Assembly (NCBI GenBank): GCA_963833225.1
Contig: CAWHXD010000017.1
Span: forward strand, 1 to 64,000
Direction of reading: 5' to 3'
DNA from: an uncultured Chloroflexia bacterium
GTDB taxonomy: Bacteria > Chloroflexota > Limnocylindria > Limnocylindrales > CSP1-4
DNA length: 64,000 nucleotides
The notes beneath the pieces are model-generated. The model was not told where the DNA came from and did no database searches. It saw nothing but the letters and a program-made list of their open reading frames with translations. Below are positions 41,094 through 50,392 of the stretch, one piece after another (position 1 is the first letter of the stretch; each line of letters opens with the position of its first letter). The position numbers and the translations under genes were made by a program.

Positions 41094-41824
41094 GCGGCTC
41101 CCTCCCCGGCTGCCGCCCCGATCGCCGCGACGACCGCGTCCACCGCCTCCTCGAACCGTCCCTCGTTGGTCACGTGCACCGCGTCAGCGGCAGCCCGCAG
41201 GGGGGCGACGTCCCGCGTGGAGTCCCGGTGATCCCGGGCACGGAGCTGCTCCCGGACCAGCCCGGCCTCCTCGCCGGCCGGATCCAGGCCACGCTCGGCG
41301 ATCCGGCGAGCCGCCCGAGCCTCCACGGAGGCGTCGAGGTAGATCTTGAGGCCGGCGTCGGGCAGGACCACCGTGCCGATGTCCCGGCCCACCACCACGA
41401 TGCCGCCGTCGGCCGCCATGGCTCGCTGGCGGGCCAGGAGCGCGGTGCGGACCTCGGGCACGCTGGCGACGATCGACACGGCGCGGTCGACGGCGTCACT
41501 CCGGATCGCGTCGGTGGCATCCACGCCGTCGAGCAGGACACGCGACAGGCGGCCCGTGCCGTCATCCACGACCCGCACCCGTGCCGCCAGGGCCACGAGG
41601 GCAGCGGGATCGTCGAGCGAGGCGTGCTCGCGCAGCGCCACCGCCGTCACGGCGCGATACAGGATGCCGGTATCGAGGACCCGGAATCCCACCCGGGCCG
41701 CCGCGGCGGCCCCCACGGAGCTCTTGCCCGACGAGGCCGGGCCGTCGAGCGCCACGACGATCGGCTGGGCGGAGCCGGTGAGACCGTGACTGCCTGGCAT
41801 CGCCACGAGCATACCCGTGGTCAT
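41090..41824 (-). CDS. cmk: Cytidylate kinase
   Basis: DGPASSGKS, DTGILYRA, GRDIGTVVLPDA. Confidence 0.95.
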   Translation of the reverse strand: MTTGMLVAMPGSHGLTGSAQPIVVALDGPASSGKSSVGAAAAARVGFRVLDTGILYRAVTAVALREHASLDDPAALVALAARVRVVDDGTGRLSRVLLDGVDATDAIRSDAVDRAVSIVASVPEVRTALLARQRAMAADGGIVVVGRDIGTVVLPDAGLKIYLDASVEARAARRIAERGLDPAGEEAGLVREQLRARDHRDSTRDVAPLRAAADAVHVTNEGRFEEAVDAVVAAIGAAAGEGAA

Positions 41825-42610
41825 CGCCTGGGGGTCGACGTGAGGCGCCGGACCTCGGCCGGGGTCAGGGGCCGCACGTCACCCGACGCCATCGTGTCCA
41901 GGCGCAGCGTGCCGATCCGCACGCGGACGAGGCGACGCACCGGCTCCCCCACTCCCGCGAACATCCGCCGCAGCTGACGCTTCCAGCCCTGGTGGATGGT
42001 CACCCGGACCCAGGTCAGTCCCGGGTCGGGCTGTGGTTCCAGGATGTCGGCCAGTCGGCGATCCTCCGTGTGCGTCTGACCGCGCAGGCCGCCCACCGTC
42101 GCCACGCCCTCGGCGAGCTCGACGCCGGTCTCCAGCCACTCCGCCTGCTCGCGGGTCAGCGGATGGGCCAGGGCGACCGCGTACTCGCGCTCGACGCCGT
42201 ATCTGCGGATGGAGCACCCGCTCCGCCCAGTCGCCGTCGTTGGTCAGCAGGATCAGGCCCTCGGAGTCCTGGTCGAGCCGCCCGACCGGGTACAGCCGCG
42301 TGCCACGGACCAGCTCGGCCGGCACCAGGTCCACCACCGTCCGGGCCGCATGCGGGTCCCGGACCGTGGAGGCGACGCCCGCCGGCTTGTGGGCCGCGAC
42401 GTAGACGCGAGCCGGCGATGCCGGCGTCATCTCGCGTCCGTCGACGGCGATCCGCTGCGTCGCCGGGTCCACCCGCTCGCCGAGCGCGGCAGGGCGACCG
42501 TCGACCGTCACCCGGCCGGCCGCGATGAGCTCGTCCGCTCCGCGGCGCGACGCGATCCCCGCGGCCGCGAGCACCTTGGAGACGCGCTCCCCGGGCCCGA
42601 CCTCAGGCAC
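41821..42610 (-). CDS. rluB: rRNA pseudouridine synthase RluB family (frameshifted)
   Basis: S4 domain ASRRGADELI, VGRLDQDSEGLILLTNDG, RQLRRM. Confidence 0.9.
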
Positions 42611-43241
42611 CCGACTCGTCCACCAGCCGGGCGGCGACCTCGACGTCGAGCGCCGGCAGGTCCTCGACGCTGGCGATCCCGAACCGCTCGAGGAACTCGA
42701 ACCCGGTCCCGTACAGGATGGGCCGGCCCGGGGCATCGGTCCGGCCCTGCTCGACGACGAGCCTCCGGTGGACCAGCGAGCGCACCGTGTAGTCGGAATC
42801 GACGCCCCGGATCCGCTCGATGGCCGCCTTGGTGACGGGCTGGCGATAGGCCACGATCGCGAGCGTCTCAAGCGCGGCGGGCGAAAGGCGGATCGCGTCC
42901 GCCCCGACGTAGCGCGCGATCAGGGCACCGGCGTCGGGAGCGGTGGTGAGCTCCACGCGATCCCCGCTGAGGACGAGGCGGATGCCCCGCTCCGCGAGGC
43001 TGACCTCGAGGTCGCCGAGGCGCTGGTCCACGATCTCGCCGTCCACGCCGGCGAGGCGGGCGATCTCCGCCCGTGCCAGCGGCTTCTCGGCCACGAACAG
43101 GAGCGCCTCGAGCTGAACCTCGCTGAGCTCGCCCAGGGGCTCGGCGGTATCAACCGGCTCGGTGGGCTCGGCGTCATCGGCCCGCTCGGTGAGCTCGGCG
43201 TCATCGGCCGGCTCAGCCGGCTCGCCCGTGGGCTCGGTCAT
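42603..43241 (-). CDS. scpB: SMC-Scp complex subunit ScpB
   Basis: LEALLF, LSPAALETLAIVAYRQPVT, IRGV, GRPILYGT. Confidence 0.95.
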   Translation of the reverse strand: MTEPTGEPAEPADDAELTERADDAEPTEPVDTAEPLGELSEVQLEALLFVAEKPLARAEIARLAGVDGEIVDQRLGDLEVSLAERGIRLVLSGDRVELTTAPDAGALIARYVGADAIRLSPAALETLAIVAYRQPVTKAAIERIRGVDSDYTVRSLVHRRLVVEQGRTDAPGRPILYGTGFEFLERFGIASVEDLPALDVEVAARLVDESGA

Positions 43242-44107
43242 GCGAAGGACTCCAGCGACTCGTCCAGCGGTGCCTCCTCGTCCGTGGCGTCCGCGATCCC
43301 CGCCGCGGCGCGCTCCTCGGTCGTTGTGCGCCTGGCCATGATCGGTCCCCACGGCGCATCCTGCTGGACCACGATCTCCCGGCGCTTCATCAGCTCCAGC
43401 AACGCGAGGAAGGTGACCGCGATGACGACGCGGTCCCGGACGCCGCGGAGGAGCTCCTGCAGAACCACGACGTCGGCGTCCGCGAGCGCCTGGCGGATCA
43501 GCCTGGCGCGCTCGGTCAGGGTCACCAGCCGGGGCATCGTCTCCGGGGGAAGCGGCGGCGGCGGCACCACGGTGACCAGGCGCTCCAGCGCCAGCACGAG
43601 GATCGCAGGGTCCAGCGGGTCGGCAGCCGGAGGCCGGGCGCCTGCCACCCCGGCGGCCCGCGCGGCGCCCGGCTCGCGGCGCCAGAGCCCGACCCTGGCC
43701 TGGCCGGTGGCCAGCAGCCGCGCGCCGGCGTCACGGAACGCCCGGTACAGGATGAGCCGGGCTCGCAGCTCGGCTTCCGGGTCCGGACCCTCGTCGGCGA
43801 GCGGCACCGCGCCCTCGGGCCGGTGCCGCGGCAGCATGGCCCGCGACTTGATCAGGATCAGCTGGCTCGCGATGGCGATGAACGACGACACGTTGGCCAT
43901 GCGGTCGTCATCGAGGCCCGCGAGCGCGTCGATGTAGGCGTCGGCGAGAGCGCCGAGGGGCACCGTGAGGACGTCGAGCTGGCGGGCCTCGATCAGCGAC
44001 AGCAGCAGGGCGAGCGGCCCGTCGAACGCGGGCAGCGTGACCAGGGTCGCCGACTCCGGCCTCCGGCCATCCCCGAACGCGACGGCGGGCGGCATGGGCG
44101 CCGTCAT
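43238..44107 (-). CDS. scpA: Segregation/condensation protein ScpA
   Basis: FDGPLALLL, IKSRAMLP, TFLALLEL. Confidence 0.94.
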   Translation of the reverse strand: MTAPMPPAVAFGDGRRPESATLVTLPAFDGPLALLLSLIEARQLDVLTVPLGALADAYIDALAGLDDDRMANVSSFIAIASQLILIKSRAMLPRHRPEGAVPLADEGPDPEAELRARLILYRAFRDAGARLLATGQARVGLWRREPGAARAAGVAGARPPAADPLDPAILVLALERLVTVVPPPPLPPETMPRLVTLTERARLIRQALADADVVVLQELLRGVRDRVVIAVTFLALLELMKRREIVVQQDAPWGPIMARRTTTEERAAAGIADATDEEAPLDESLESFA

Positions 44108-44604
44108 CAGGACGCCTCGTCCGCGGCGTGGAACACGGCCCCGTACTCGGGATCCCCGGGCGCCTCCTGGTTCCGGACCAGCTCCACGGCACGATGCGAC
44201 AGGCCGGCCACCTCCAGCTGCAACGCCGAGACCTCGGCATGATCACGGAGCCGGTCGAGCGCGGCACGCCATCCCGGCACCAGCCGCGCAGGCACCAGCA
44301 CCCAGGAGCCGGCACGCTGCGAGAGAGACCACGCGATCCGGGGCCCAGCCCCGGTCTGGCCCTTGGCGCAGTCGTGCAACAGCCCGGCAACGAGCACATC
44401 CCGGTCCCGGACGCCCGCCCGGCGCAGGTGATCGACGACGTCCAGGCCGTGCCGCCGGTCGGCAACGTGCTGGGCGTCGAACAGGGCAAGCTCGGCGGGC
44501 GTCGTCCAGGCGGCCAGCATCCGGCGTTCCTCGGCGCTCACGCGGGCACCCAGGTGCATCCGGAGCTGGCGGGCCTTACGCGCCCACCAGGAACGCGGCA
44601 ACAC
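44107..44604 (-). CDS. HD-domain protein
   Basis: DRRH..LLHDCAK..H..ADE. Confidence 0.8.
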   Translation of the reverse strand: MLPRSWWARKARQLRMHLGARVSAEERRMLAAWTTPAELALFDAQHVADRRHGLDVVDHLRRAGVRDRDVLVAGLLHDCAKGQTGAGPRIAWSLSQRAGSWVLVPARLVPGWRAALDRLRDHAEVSALQLEVAGLSHRAVELVRNQEAPGDPEYGAVFHAADEAS

Positions 44605-45211
44605 CGAAGATCAAGCTCGAGAGCGGCCGGCTGGCCAGGAGCACGAACCCGAGCAGGATGAACAGGCCGTATTGGGCGAGGAACGGCCGGATCTGCCACA
44701 CCTGTCGTGGCGAGAGGAAGCGGAACAGCAGCGTCGACCCGTCCAGAGGCGGGATCGGGAGCAGGTTGAAGATCGCCAGCGCCACGTTGAACACCACGAA
44801 CAGGAAGACCGCGTAGTCGACCAGCCCGCCGCTGCCCTGGATGAACAGGCGCACGTCCAGGCCGACAACCCGGTACACGAAGGCCCCGACCAGGGCCATC
44901 AGCAGGTTCGACGCCGGTCCCGCCAGGGCCACCAGCACCTCGTCGTTGCGCCGGTTGCGCAGGTTGGCGGTGTTGACCGGGGTGGGCTTCGCCCAGCCGA
45001 ACAGGAACCCGCCCAGGAACACCGACACCACCGTCATCACGCCCCCGAAGCGGTCGAAATGGACGATCGGGTTGAGCGTGAGCCGTCCGAACAGCTTCGC
45101 CGTGGCGTCGCCGCGCAGGTAGGCGACCCAGGCATGGGCGAACTCGTGGACCGGGAACGCGACGCCAAGGAAGATCGCAACCATGACGAGCTTGATGATG
45201 AGATCTTCCAC
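44576..45211 (-). CDS. Site-2 protease (M50, short form)
   Basis: HEFAH, GRLTLNP, GWAKP, FNLLPIPPLDGS. Confidence 0.92.
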   Translation of the reverse strand: MEDLIIKLVMVAIFLGVAFPVHEFAHAWVAYLRGDATAKLFGRLTLNPIVHFDRFGGVMTVVSVFLGGFLFGWAKPTPVNTANLRNRRNDEVLVALAGPASNLLMALVGAFVYRVVGLDVRLFIQGSGGLVDYAVFLFVVFNVALAIFNLLPIPPLDGSTLLFRFLSPRQVWQIRPFLAQYGLFILLGFVLLASRPLSSLIFGVAAFLVGA

Positions 45212-45265
45212 GCGGGCCTCGTGCGGGGAGGGATGGGGTCCCGCGTATGGTACCGGTCGGTGGGC

Positions 45266-45979
45266 CTACAGCCGGCCGAGCAGCTCCGCCTTCTTGGCCG
45301 CGAACTCCTCGGGGGTCAGGATGCCCCGGTCCCGGAGGTCGCCCAGGCGTTCGAGCGCGTCGGCCACCTCGTCGGGGGTATCCACCTGCGGGGTCGACCC
45401 GGGTGCCGCGGCCGGTGCCGCGGCCGTGGGGCCGGCCGGCGAAGACCGGACGGGCGCCATGGTCGGCCGGTTGAGCTCGAGCTCCAGCTCGTGCTTGGCC
45501 TCGAGCATGGCCTTCTTGAAGTCCTTGGCGTCGCGCAGCATGCGCAGCTTCTCGATCCCGGCCTCCGACGCCGTCAGGACGTCGAGATCCCCGAACCCGA
45601 ACATCCGCCCGAAGATCGACTCGATCAGGATCGCGTCGTTGATCTTCTCGAGCGACGAATCCGTGGCCCGCTTGTTGATCACGCCGTCGACGTGGATGAT
45701 CCGGCGGCTGCTGATCACGTACTCCTCGGCCCGGTACTGGAGCGCGCCCCAGGCCAGCATCGCCAGGCCGATCACCAGCAGGATGAGCGTCGCCCAGCCA
45801 AGGAGCGTCCACAGCAGGCCCTCCGTGTCCGACGAGATGACCCGGAGGATCGTGAGCGCGATCGCGATGACCACGCCGATGGCCGCCCAGCGGGCCCGCC
45901 AGAGGAGGATGAACCAGTGCTGGTGGGCGATCCGGACGATGCGCTCGCCCGACGCGAGCAGCGATTCGGTGTAGCTCAT
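45266..45979 (-). CDS. Membrane protein with bacterial PH domain and C-terminal SHOCT
   Basis: Two TMs, YVISSRRII..GRMFGFGDL, LERLGDLRDRGILTPEEFAAKKAELL. Confidence 0.85.
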   Translation of the reverse strand: MSYTESLLASGERIVRIAHQHWFILLWRARWAAIGVVIAIALTILRVISSDTEGLLWTLLGWATLILLVIGLAMLAWGALQYRAEEYVISSRRIIHVDGVINKRATDSSLEKINDAILIESIFGRMFGFGDLDVLTASEAGIEKLRMLRDAKDFKKAMLEAKHELELELNRPTMAPVRSSPAGPTAAAPAAAPGSTPQVDTPDEVADALERLGDLRDRGILTPEEFAAKKAELLGRL

Positions 45980-45995
45980 CGTGTCCCTCTGATCC

Positions 45996-46949
45996 TCATG
46001 CCCGCGGGTGCGAGCGGGCGTAGACCTCTCTGATCCTGGCCCCAGTCACGTGGGTGTACAGCTGGGTGGTCGCAATACTCGCATGTCCCAGCAGCTCCTG
46101 GACCACCCGCAGGTCAGCGCCACCCTCCAGGAGGTGGGTGGCAAAGGAGTGGCGGAGCGTGTGGGGCGACACGCGGTCCCCGAGCCCGGCCCTGCCGGCG
46201 GCGGCCCGGACCACCGTCCATGCTGTCTGCCGGCCCAGCCGGAGTCCGCGTGGGGTCACGAACAGTGGCGTCGCGGCGGCGTCCGTGCTCCCGGCTGCCG
46301 CCAGCCAGGCCGCGCGGGGCCAGGCGAGGTAACGCCCGATCCACTCGAGCGCCACGTCACCGACGGGGACCATGCGCTCCCGGTCGCCCTTCCCGATGAC
46401 CCGGACCCAGCCGTCGCCAGACAGGTGATCACGGTCCAGGCCAAGCGCCTCGGAGACGCGCAGGCCACCGGCGTAGAGCAGCTCCACGAGCGCCCGGTTG
46501 CGGACGGCGAGCCCGTCCGCGACGGTGGGCCCGGGTCCCCCGTCGGGCGGCGCCCCGCCGACGGCCTCCAGCAATCGGTCCACCTCCTCGATGCTGAGCG
46601 TCACCGGCAGCAGGCGGGGCTGCCGGGGCAGGTCGAGGTGCGAGGCGACGTCGATCTCGATCAGCCCGTCGCCGAAGGCAAACCGGTAGAAGCCGCGGAT
46701 CGACGCCGTCCGGCGCCGGAGGCTGGTGGGAGCGAGGCCCGGGTCGTGGGAGCGTCCACGCCGCGCCCGTGCCGCGAGGTACCGGTGGGCGACCTCCGGG
46801 CCGGCGGCCCAATCCCGGCTGGCACCGCGGCTCATCGCGAAGTCCGTGAGGTCGCCCCGGTAGGCCCGGATCGTGGCGTCCGCGACGCCGCGCTCGACCC
46901 GCAGGTAGGCCAGGTAGTCCTCGATCGCCCGGTCGAGGTCCGGCGTCAT
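45996..46949 (-). CDS. xerD: Tyrosine recombinase XerD
   Basis: [39 protein letters not shown]; housekeeping context next to recN. Confidence 0.88.
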   Translation of the reverse strand: MTPDLDRAIEDYLAYLRVERGVADATIRAYRGDLTDFAMSRGASRDWAAGPEVAHRYLAARARRGRSHDPGLAPTSLRRRTASIRGFYRFAFGDGLIEIDVASHLDLPRQPRLLPVTLSIEEVDRLLEAVGGAPPDGGPGPTVADGLAVRNRALVELLYAGGLRVSEALGLDRDHLSGDGWVRVIGKGDRERMVPVGDVALEWIGRYLAWPRAAWLAAAGSTDAAATPLFVTPRGLRLGRQTAWTVVRAAAGRAGLGDRVSPHTLRHSFATHLLEGGADLRVVQELLGHASIATTQLYTHVTGARIREVYARSHPRA

Positions 46950-48673
46950 CCGGTCGCCCCGACCGCCCGTCCGGCGCGCCAGGCCTCCGCGCGATCAAGG
47001 AGCTCCCGCGCGGACTCCAGCGACGCGGCGCCGCCGGTCGGGCCTCCGATCATCTGCGCGATCTCCGCGTCCCGCTCAGCCCGGTCCAGCCTCGTGATCT
47101 CCGTGACGGTGCGCCCGTCCCGCTCGCGCTTGGCGATCCGGTAGTGGGCGTCCGCGTAGGCCGCGATCTGGGGCAGGTGGGTCACGCACAGGACCTGGTG
47201 GGCGCGGGCAAGCGTCCACAGGGACCGCCCGACCGGGTCCGCGCTCCGGCCGCCGATCCCGCTGTCGATCTCGTCGAACACGAGCACCGGCGTCTCGTCG
47301 ACCTCCGCCAGGACCTGCTTGACCGCGAGGGCCACGCGCGACAGCTCGCCCCCGGACGCGATCCGCGCCAGCGGCCGCGCGGGCTCGCCGGCGTTGGGGC
47401 GGAAGGCAAACACCACGGTGTCGATCCCCGACGCATCGAACGCCACCGCGTCGCCGTCGACCTCGACCGCGGGATCGTCCCGGGCGGCGGGGCGGCGACC
47501 CATCGTCACGATGAAGGCGTCGGGCGGGAACCCGAGCTCGGCAAGGACCCGTGACACGTCCCGACCCAGGTCGCCGGCGGTCGCCTGGCGGACGATGGAC
47601 AGCGACGCTGCCGCGTCCGCGACGGCAAGCAGCAGGCGGGCATCCTCGGCCGCCCGCCGGGCCCGCTCGTCCTCCAGGCCGCGGAGCCTGGCCGCTTCGT
47701 TCGCGGACCGCTCGCCGTAGGCGATCACCGCGGCCTCGTCATCCCCGAACCGGCGCAGCAGCCGGTGGATCTCGCCGAGGCGCGTCTCGAGGCTCGAGAG
47801 CGAGTCCGGGTCGTGGTCCACGGTCTCGGCCAGGGCCCGGACCTCGGCCGCCACATCCTCCAGCTCGGCCTCGAGCCCGGCCAGGCGATCGGCGAGGGGT
47901 GCCCAGCGATCATCGAGGCGGGCCAGGGCTCGCAGCTCGTGCTCGGCAAGGGCCACCCGCTCGCGGGCGCCGCCTCCCTCCTCGAGGATCGTCTCGCGGG
48001 CCGTGACCGCCCCCCGGGCGATCGTCTCCCCGTGCTGTGCCGCGGCCAGCTGGCGCGTGATCTCGTCTGCCTCGCCCGGGCGCAGCCGCCCGGCCTCGAT
48101 CTCGTCTGCCTCGTGCTCGGAGATCTCAAGCCGGCGAAGCAGCTCCCGGGGGTCCATCGCCAGCTCCGCGAGCGCGGCCCGGTTCGCCCGCCAGCGCTCC
48201 ACGGCGACCGCGACCGCAGCCCGCGACTCGCCGTGCCCGCCGAACGCGTCCAGCAGGTCCCGCTGCCAGTCCTCGTCGAGGAGCCGCTGCTGGTCGTGCT
48301 GGCCATGGATCTCCACCAGCCCGGCCGTCGCCTGCGCGAGCCGTCCAGCGGTCACCGTCTCATCGTCGAGGCGGGCCGTCGACCGTCCCGTTGCGGCGAT
48401 CTCGCGCACGGCGATCATGGGCTCGGGGAGCCGGTCGAACAGGGCCTCCACGCGCGCGCTCTCCGCCCCGTGGCGGACCAGCGTGGTATCGGCCCGGGCG
48501 CCTGTCGCGAGGCCCAGCGCGTCGATCAGCAGGCTCTTGCCCGCCCCGGTCTCGCCGGTGAGGACGTTGAGGCCGCCCTCGAGCGCCAGCCGCAGCCGGT
48601 CGATCAGCGCGAGGTCGCTGACCGCCAGCTCGAGCAGGCGGCCCGCACGGTGGTTGGCAGGATCGCTCGCCAT
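46946..48673 (-). CDS. recN: DNA repair protein RecN
   Basis: [39 protein letters not shown]. Confidence 0.96.
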   Translation of the reverse strand: MASDPANHRAGRLLELAVSDLALIDRLRLALEGGLNVLTGETGAGKSLLIDALGLATGARADTTLVRHGAESARVEALFDRLPEPMIAVREIAATGRSTARLDDETVTAGRLAQATAGLVEIHGQHDQQRLLDEDWQRDLLDAFGGHGESRAAVAVAVERWRANRAALAELAMDPRELLRRLEISEHEADEIEAGRLRPGEADEITRQLAAAQHGETIARGAVTARETILEEGGGARERVALAEHELRALARLDDRWAPLADRLAGLEAELEDVAAEVRALAETVDHDPDSLSSLETRLGEIHRLLRRFGDDEAAVIAYGERSANEAARLRGLEDERARRAAEDARLLLAVADAAASLSIVRQATAGDLGRDVSRVLAELGFPPDAFIVTMGRRPAARDDPAVEVDGDAVAFDASGIDTVVFAFRPNAGEPARPLARIASGGELSRVALAVKQVLAEVDETPVLVFDEIDSGIGGRSADPVGRSLWTLARAHQVLCVTHLPQIAAYADAHYRIAKRERDGRTVTEITRLDRAERDAEIAQMIGGPTGGAASLESARELLDRAEAWRAGRAVGATG

Positions 48674-48675
48674 CG

Positions 48676-49518
48676 TCAGGACGGCAGCAGCTGGACCTTG
48701 GTCCGCAGCAGGTCCCAGAAGGGCATCGCGCCCGCCGGCTCCACGAACCGGATCGGTCGCCCGAGCGCCCTGACCTCGACCACGTCGCCCACCTCGACCC
48801 GGTGGTCCTCCCGTCCGTCGATGGAGACCAGGGCCTCGTGGGCATCGAGGATCCGCACCCGGACGACCTGTTCCGGCGACACCACGATGGAGCGGATGGC
48901 GGAGAGATAGCCCGCGATCGGGGTCACGACGAGGTTGCGCCCGTGCGGGTCGAGGATCGGGCCGCCCGCCGAGAACGAGTAGCCCGTGGAGCCGGTCGGG
49001 CTCGCGACGATCAGCCCGTCCGCGATGAACGTCGCGAGGTGCGACTCGTCGATCGTCACCGCGAGCCGGACGACCCGCGCCAGCGACCCCCGGGCCACGA
49101 CGATGTCGTTGAGCGCCGTGAACCGCGTGTCACCCGGCCGGCCGGCGGGCAGGATCGAGCCCGTGAGGCCCATTCGCTCGCCGATGACATAGGCACCCGA
49201 CTGGAGGTGCTCGAGGACCGGCTCCAGCTGGTCCGCCTCCGCCTTGGACAGGAACCCGACCTTGCCGAGGTTGATGCCCAGCAGGGGCACGTCCACCTCG
49301 GCGACCGCCTGCGCGGCACGCAGGAACGTCCCGTCGCCACCGAGCACGACGAGGACGTCCGTGCCCGGGAGCTTGTCGACCAGCATGGCCGTCTCCCCGG
49401 CGGGGACCGCCCAGTTGTCGATGCCCCGGATGCGGCACCAGCCGACGGCCCGTTCGCTGAGCTCGACGGCGTCCTCGATCGTCGGGTTGTACGCGAAGCC
49501 CATGCGGCGAACCGTCAC
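48676..49518 (-). CDS. nadK: NAD kinase
   Basis: LGGDGT, GINLGKVGFL, ASPTGSTGYSFSAGGP. Confidence 0.95.
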   Translation of the reverse strand: MTVRRMGFAYNPTIEDAVELSERAVGWCRIRGIDNWAVPAGETAMLVDKLPGTDVLVVLGGDGTFLRAAQAVAEVDVPLLGINLGKVGFLSKAEADQLEPVLEHLQSGAYVIGERMGLTGSILPAGRPGDTRFTALNDIVVARGSLARVVRLAVTIDESHLATFIADGLIVASPTGSTGYSFSAGGPILDPHGRNLVVTPIAGYLSAIRSIVVSPEQVVRVRILDAHEALVSIDGREDHRVEVGDVVEVRALGRPIRFVEPAGAMPFWDLLRTKVQLLPS

Positions 49519-50339
49519 GTGACATCCTCCCAGGCGACCGCCACCGCGGCGTTGATCCGGTCATCCAGCTCCGCGCTCGAGGGACCGGCCCGGAGCCAGG
49601 CGAGGAACTCGCGGTTCCCCTCGGGCCCCCGGATCGGCGACGCGATCACGTCCCGGGTCCCGAGGCCGAGCTCCCGCGCCGCCGCGGCCGTCTCCCGGAG
49701 CACCCGGGCGTGCACCGCGCGGTCACGCACGACGCCACCCTTCGCATCCGCCCGGCCGGCCTCGAACTGCGGCTTGACCAGCGCGACGATCGACCCCTGT
49801 CCGTCACGCAGCACGGACCGCACGGGCCCAAGCACCAGGGCCAGCGAGATGAAGGCGACGTCGATCACGGCGAGATCCACCGGTTCGGGCAGGCTCGTGC
49901 CGGTGAGGGTCCGGGCGTTGACCCGCTCCATGGACACCACGCGCGGGTCCTGGCGCAGCTTCTCGGCCAGCTGGCCATAGCCGACGTCCACCGCGTATAC
50001 CCGGGACGCGCCCCGGGCGAGCAGCACATCGGTGAACCCGCCGGTCGAGGCGCCAACGTCGACGGCCACGCAGCCGGCCGGGTCGATCCCGAAGGCGTCG
50101 AGGGCGGCGATCAGCTTGTGCGCTCCCCGGCTCGCCCACTCCCGCCCGCCGGCCACGGCGACGCTCGTCGCCCGGTCAACGAGATCGCCCGCCTTGAGGT
50201 CCCGCCTCGCCGCATCGCCCTCGCCAACGTGAACGCGGCCGGCGAGCACCAGGGCCTGCGCCCGGGAGCGGGTGGGCGCGAGCCCGCGCTCCACGAGGAG
50301 CTGATCGAGTCGGACGCGTTTCGCGGTGGCTGCCGGCAT
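49515..50339 (-). CDS. tlyA: TlyA rRNA 2'-O-methyltransferase
   Basis: RLDQLL, SRGAHKL, DVGASTGGFTD, LVKPQFE, GNREFL. Confidence 0.95.
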   Translation of the reverse strand: MPAATAKRVRLDQLLVERGLAPTRSRAQALVLAGRVHVGEGDAARRDLKAGDLVDRATSVAVAGGREWASRGAHKLIAALDAFGIDPAGCVAVDVGASTGGFTDVLLARGASRVYAVDVGYGQLAEKLRQDPRVVSMERVNARTLTGTSLPEPVDLAVIDVAFISLALVLGPVRSVLRDGQGSIVALVKPQFEAGRADAKGGVVRDRAVHARVLRETAAAARELGLGTRDVIASPIRGPEGNREFLAWLRAGPSSAELDDRINAAVAVAWEDVT

Positions 50340-50392
50340 GGCGCCTATCGTGGCACACGCCGCCCAATCCGGACGTATGCCGGAGCGACGAA

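Noticed and set aside
43130-43235. 27-bp-period repeat in the scpB N-terminus
   Set aside because: Low-complexity acidic extension; no evidence of further function.
45996-46949. Tyrosine recombinase as a prophage or island integrase
   Set aside because: XerD-like size and motifs, overlaps recN in a housekeeping operon, and no att sites or phage genes nearby.
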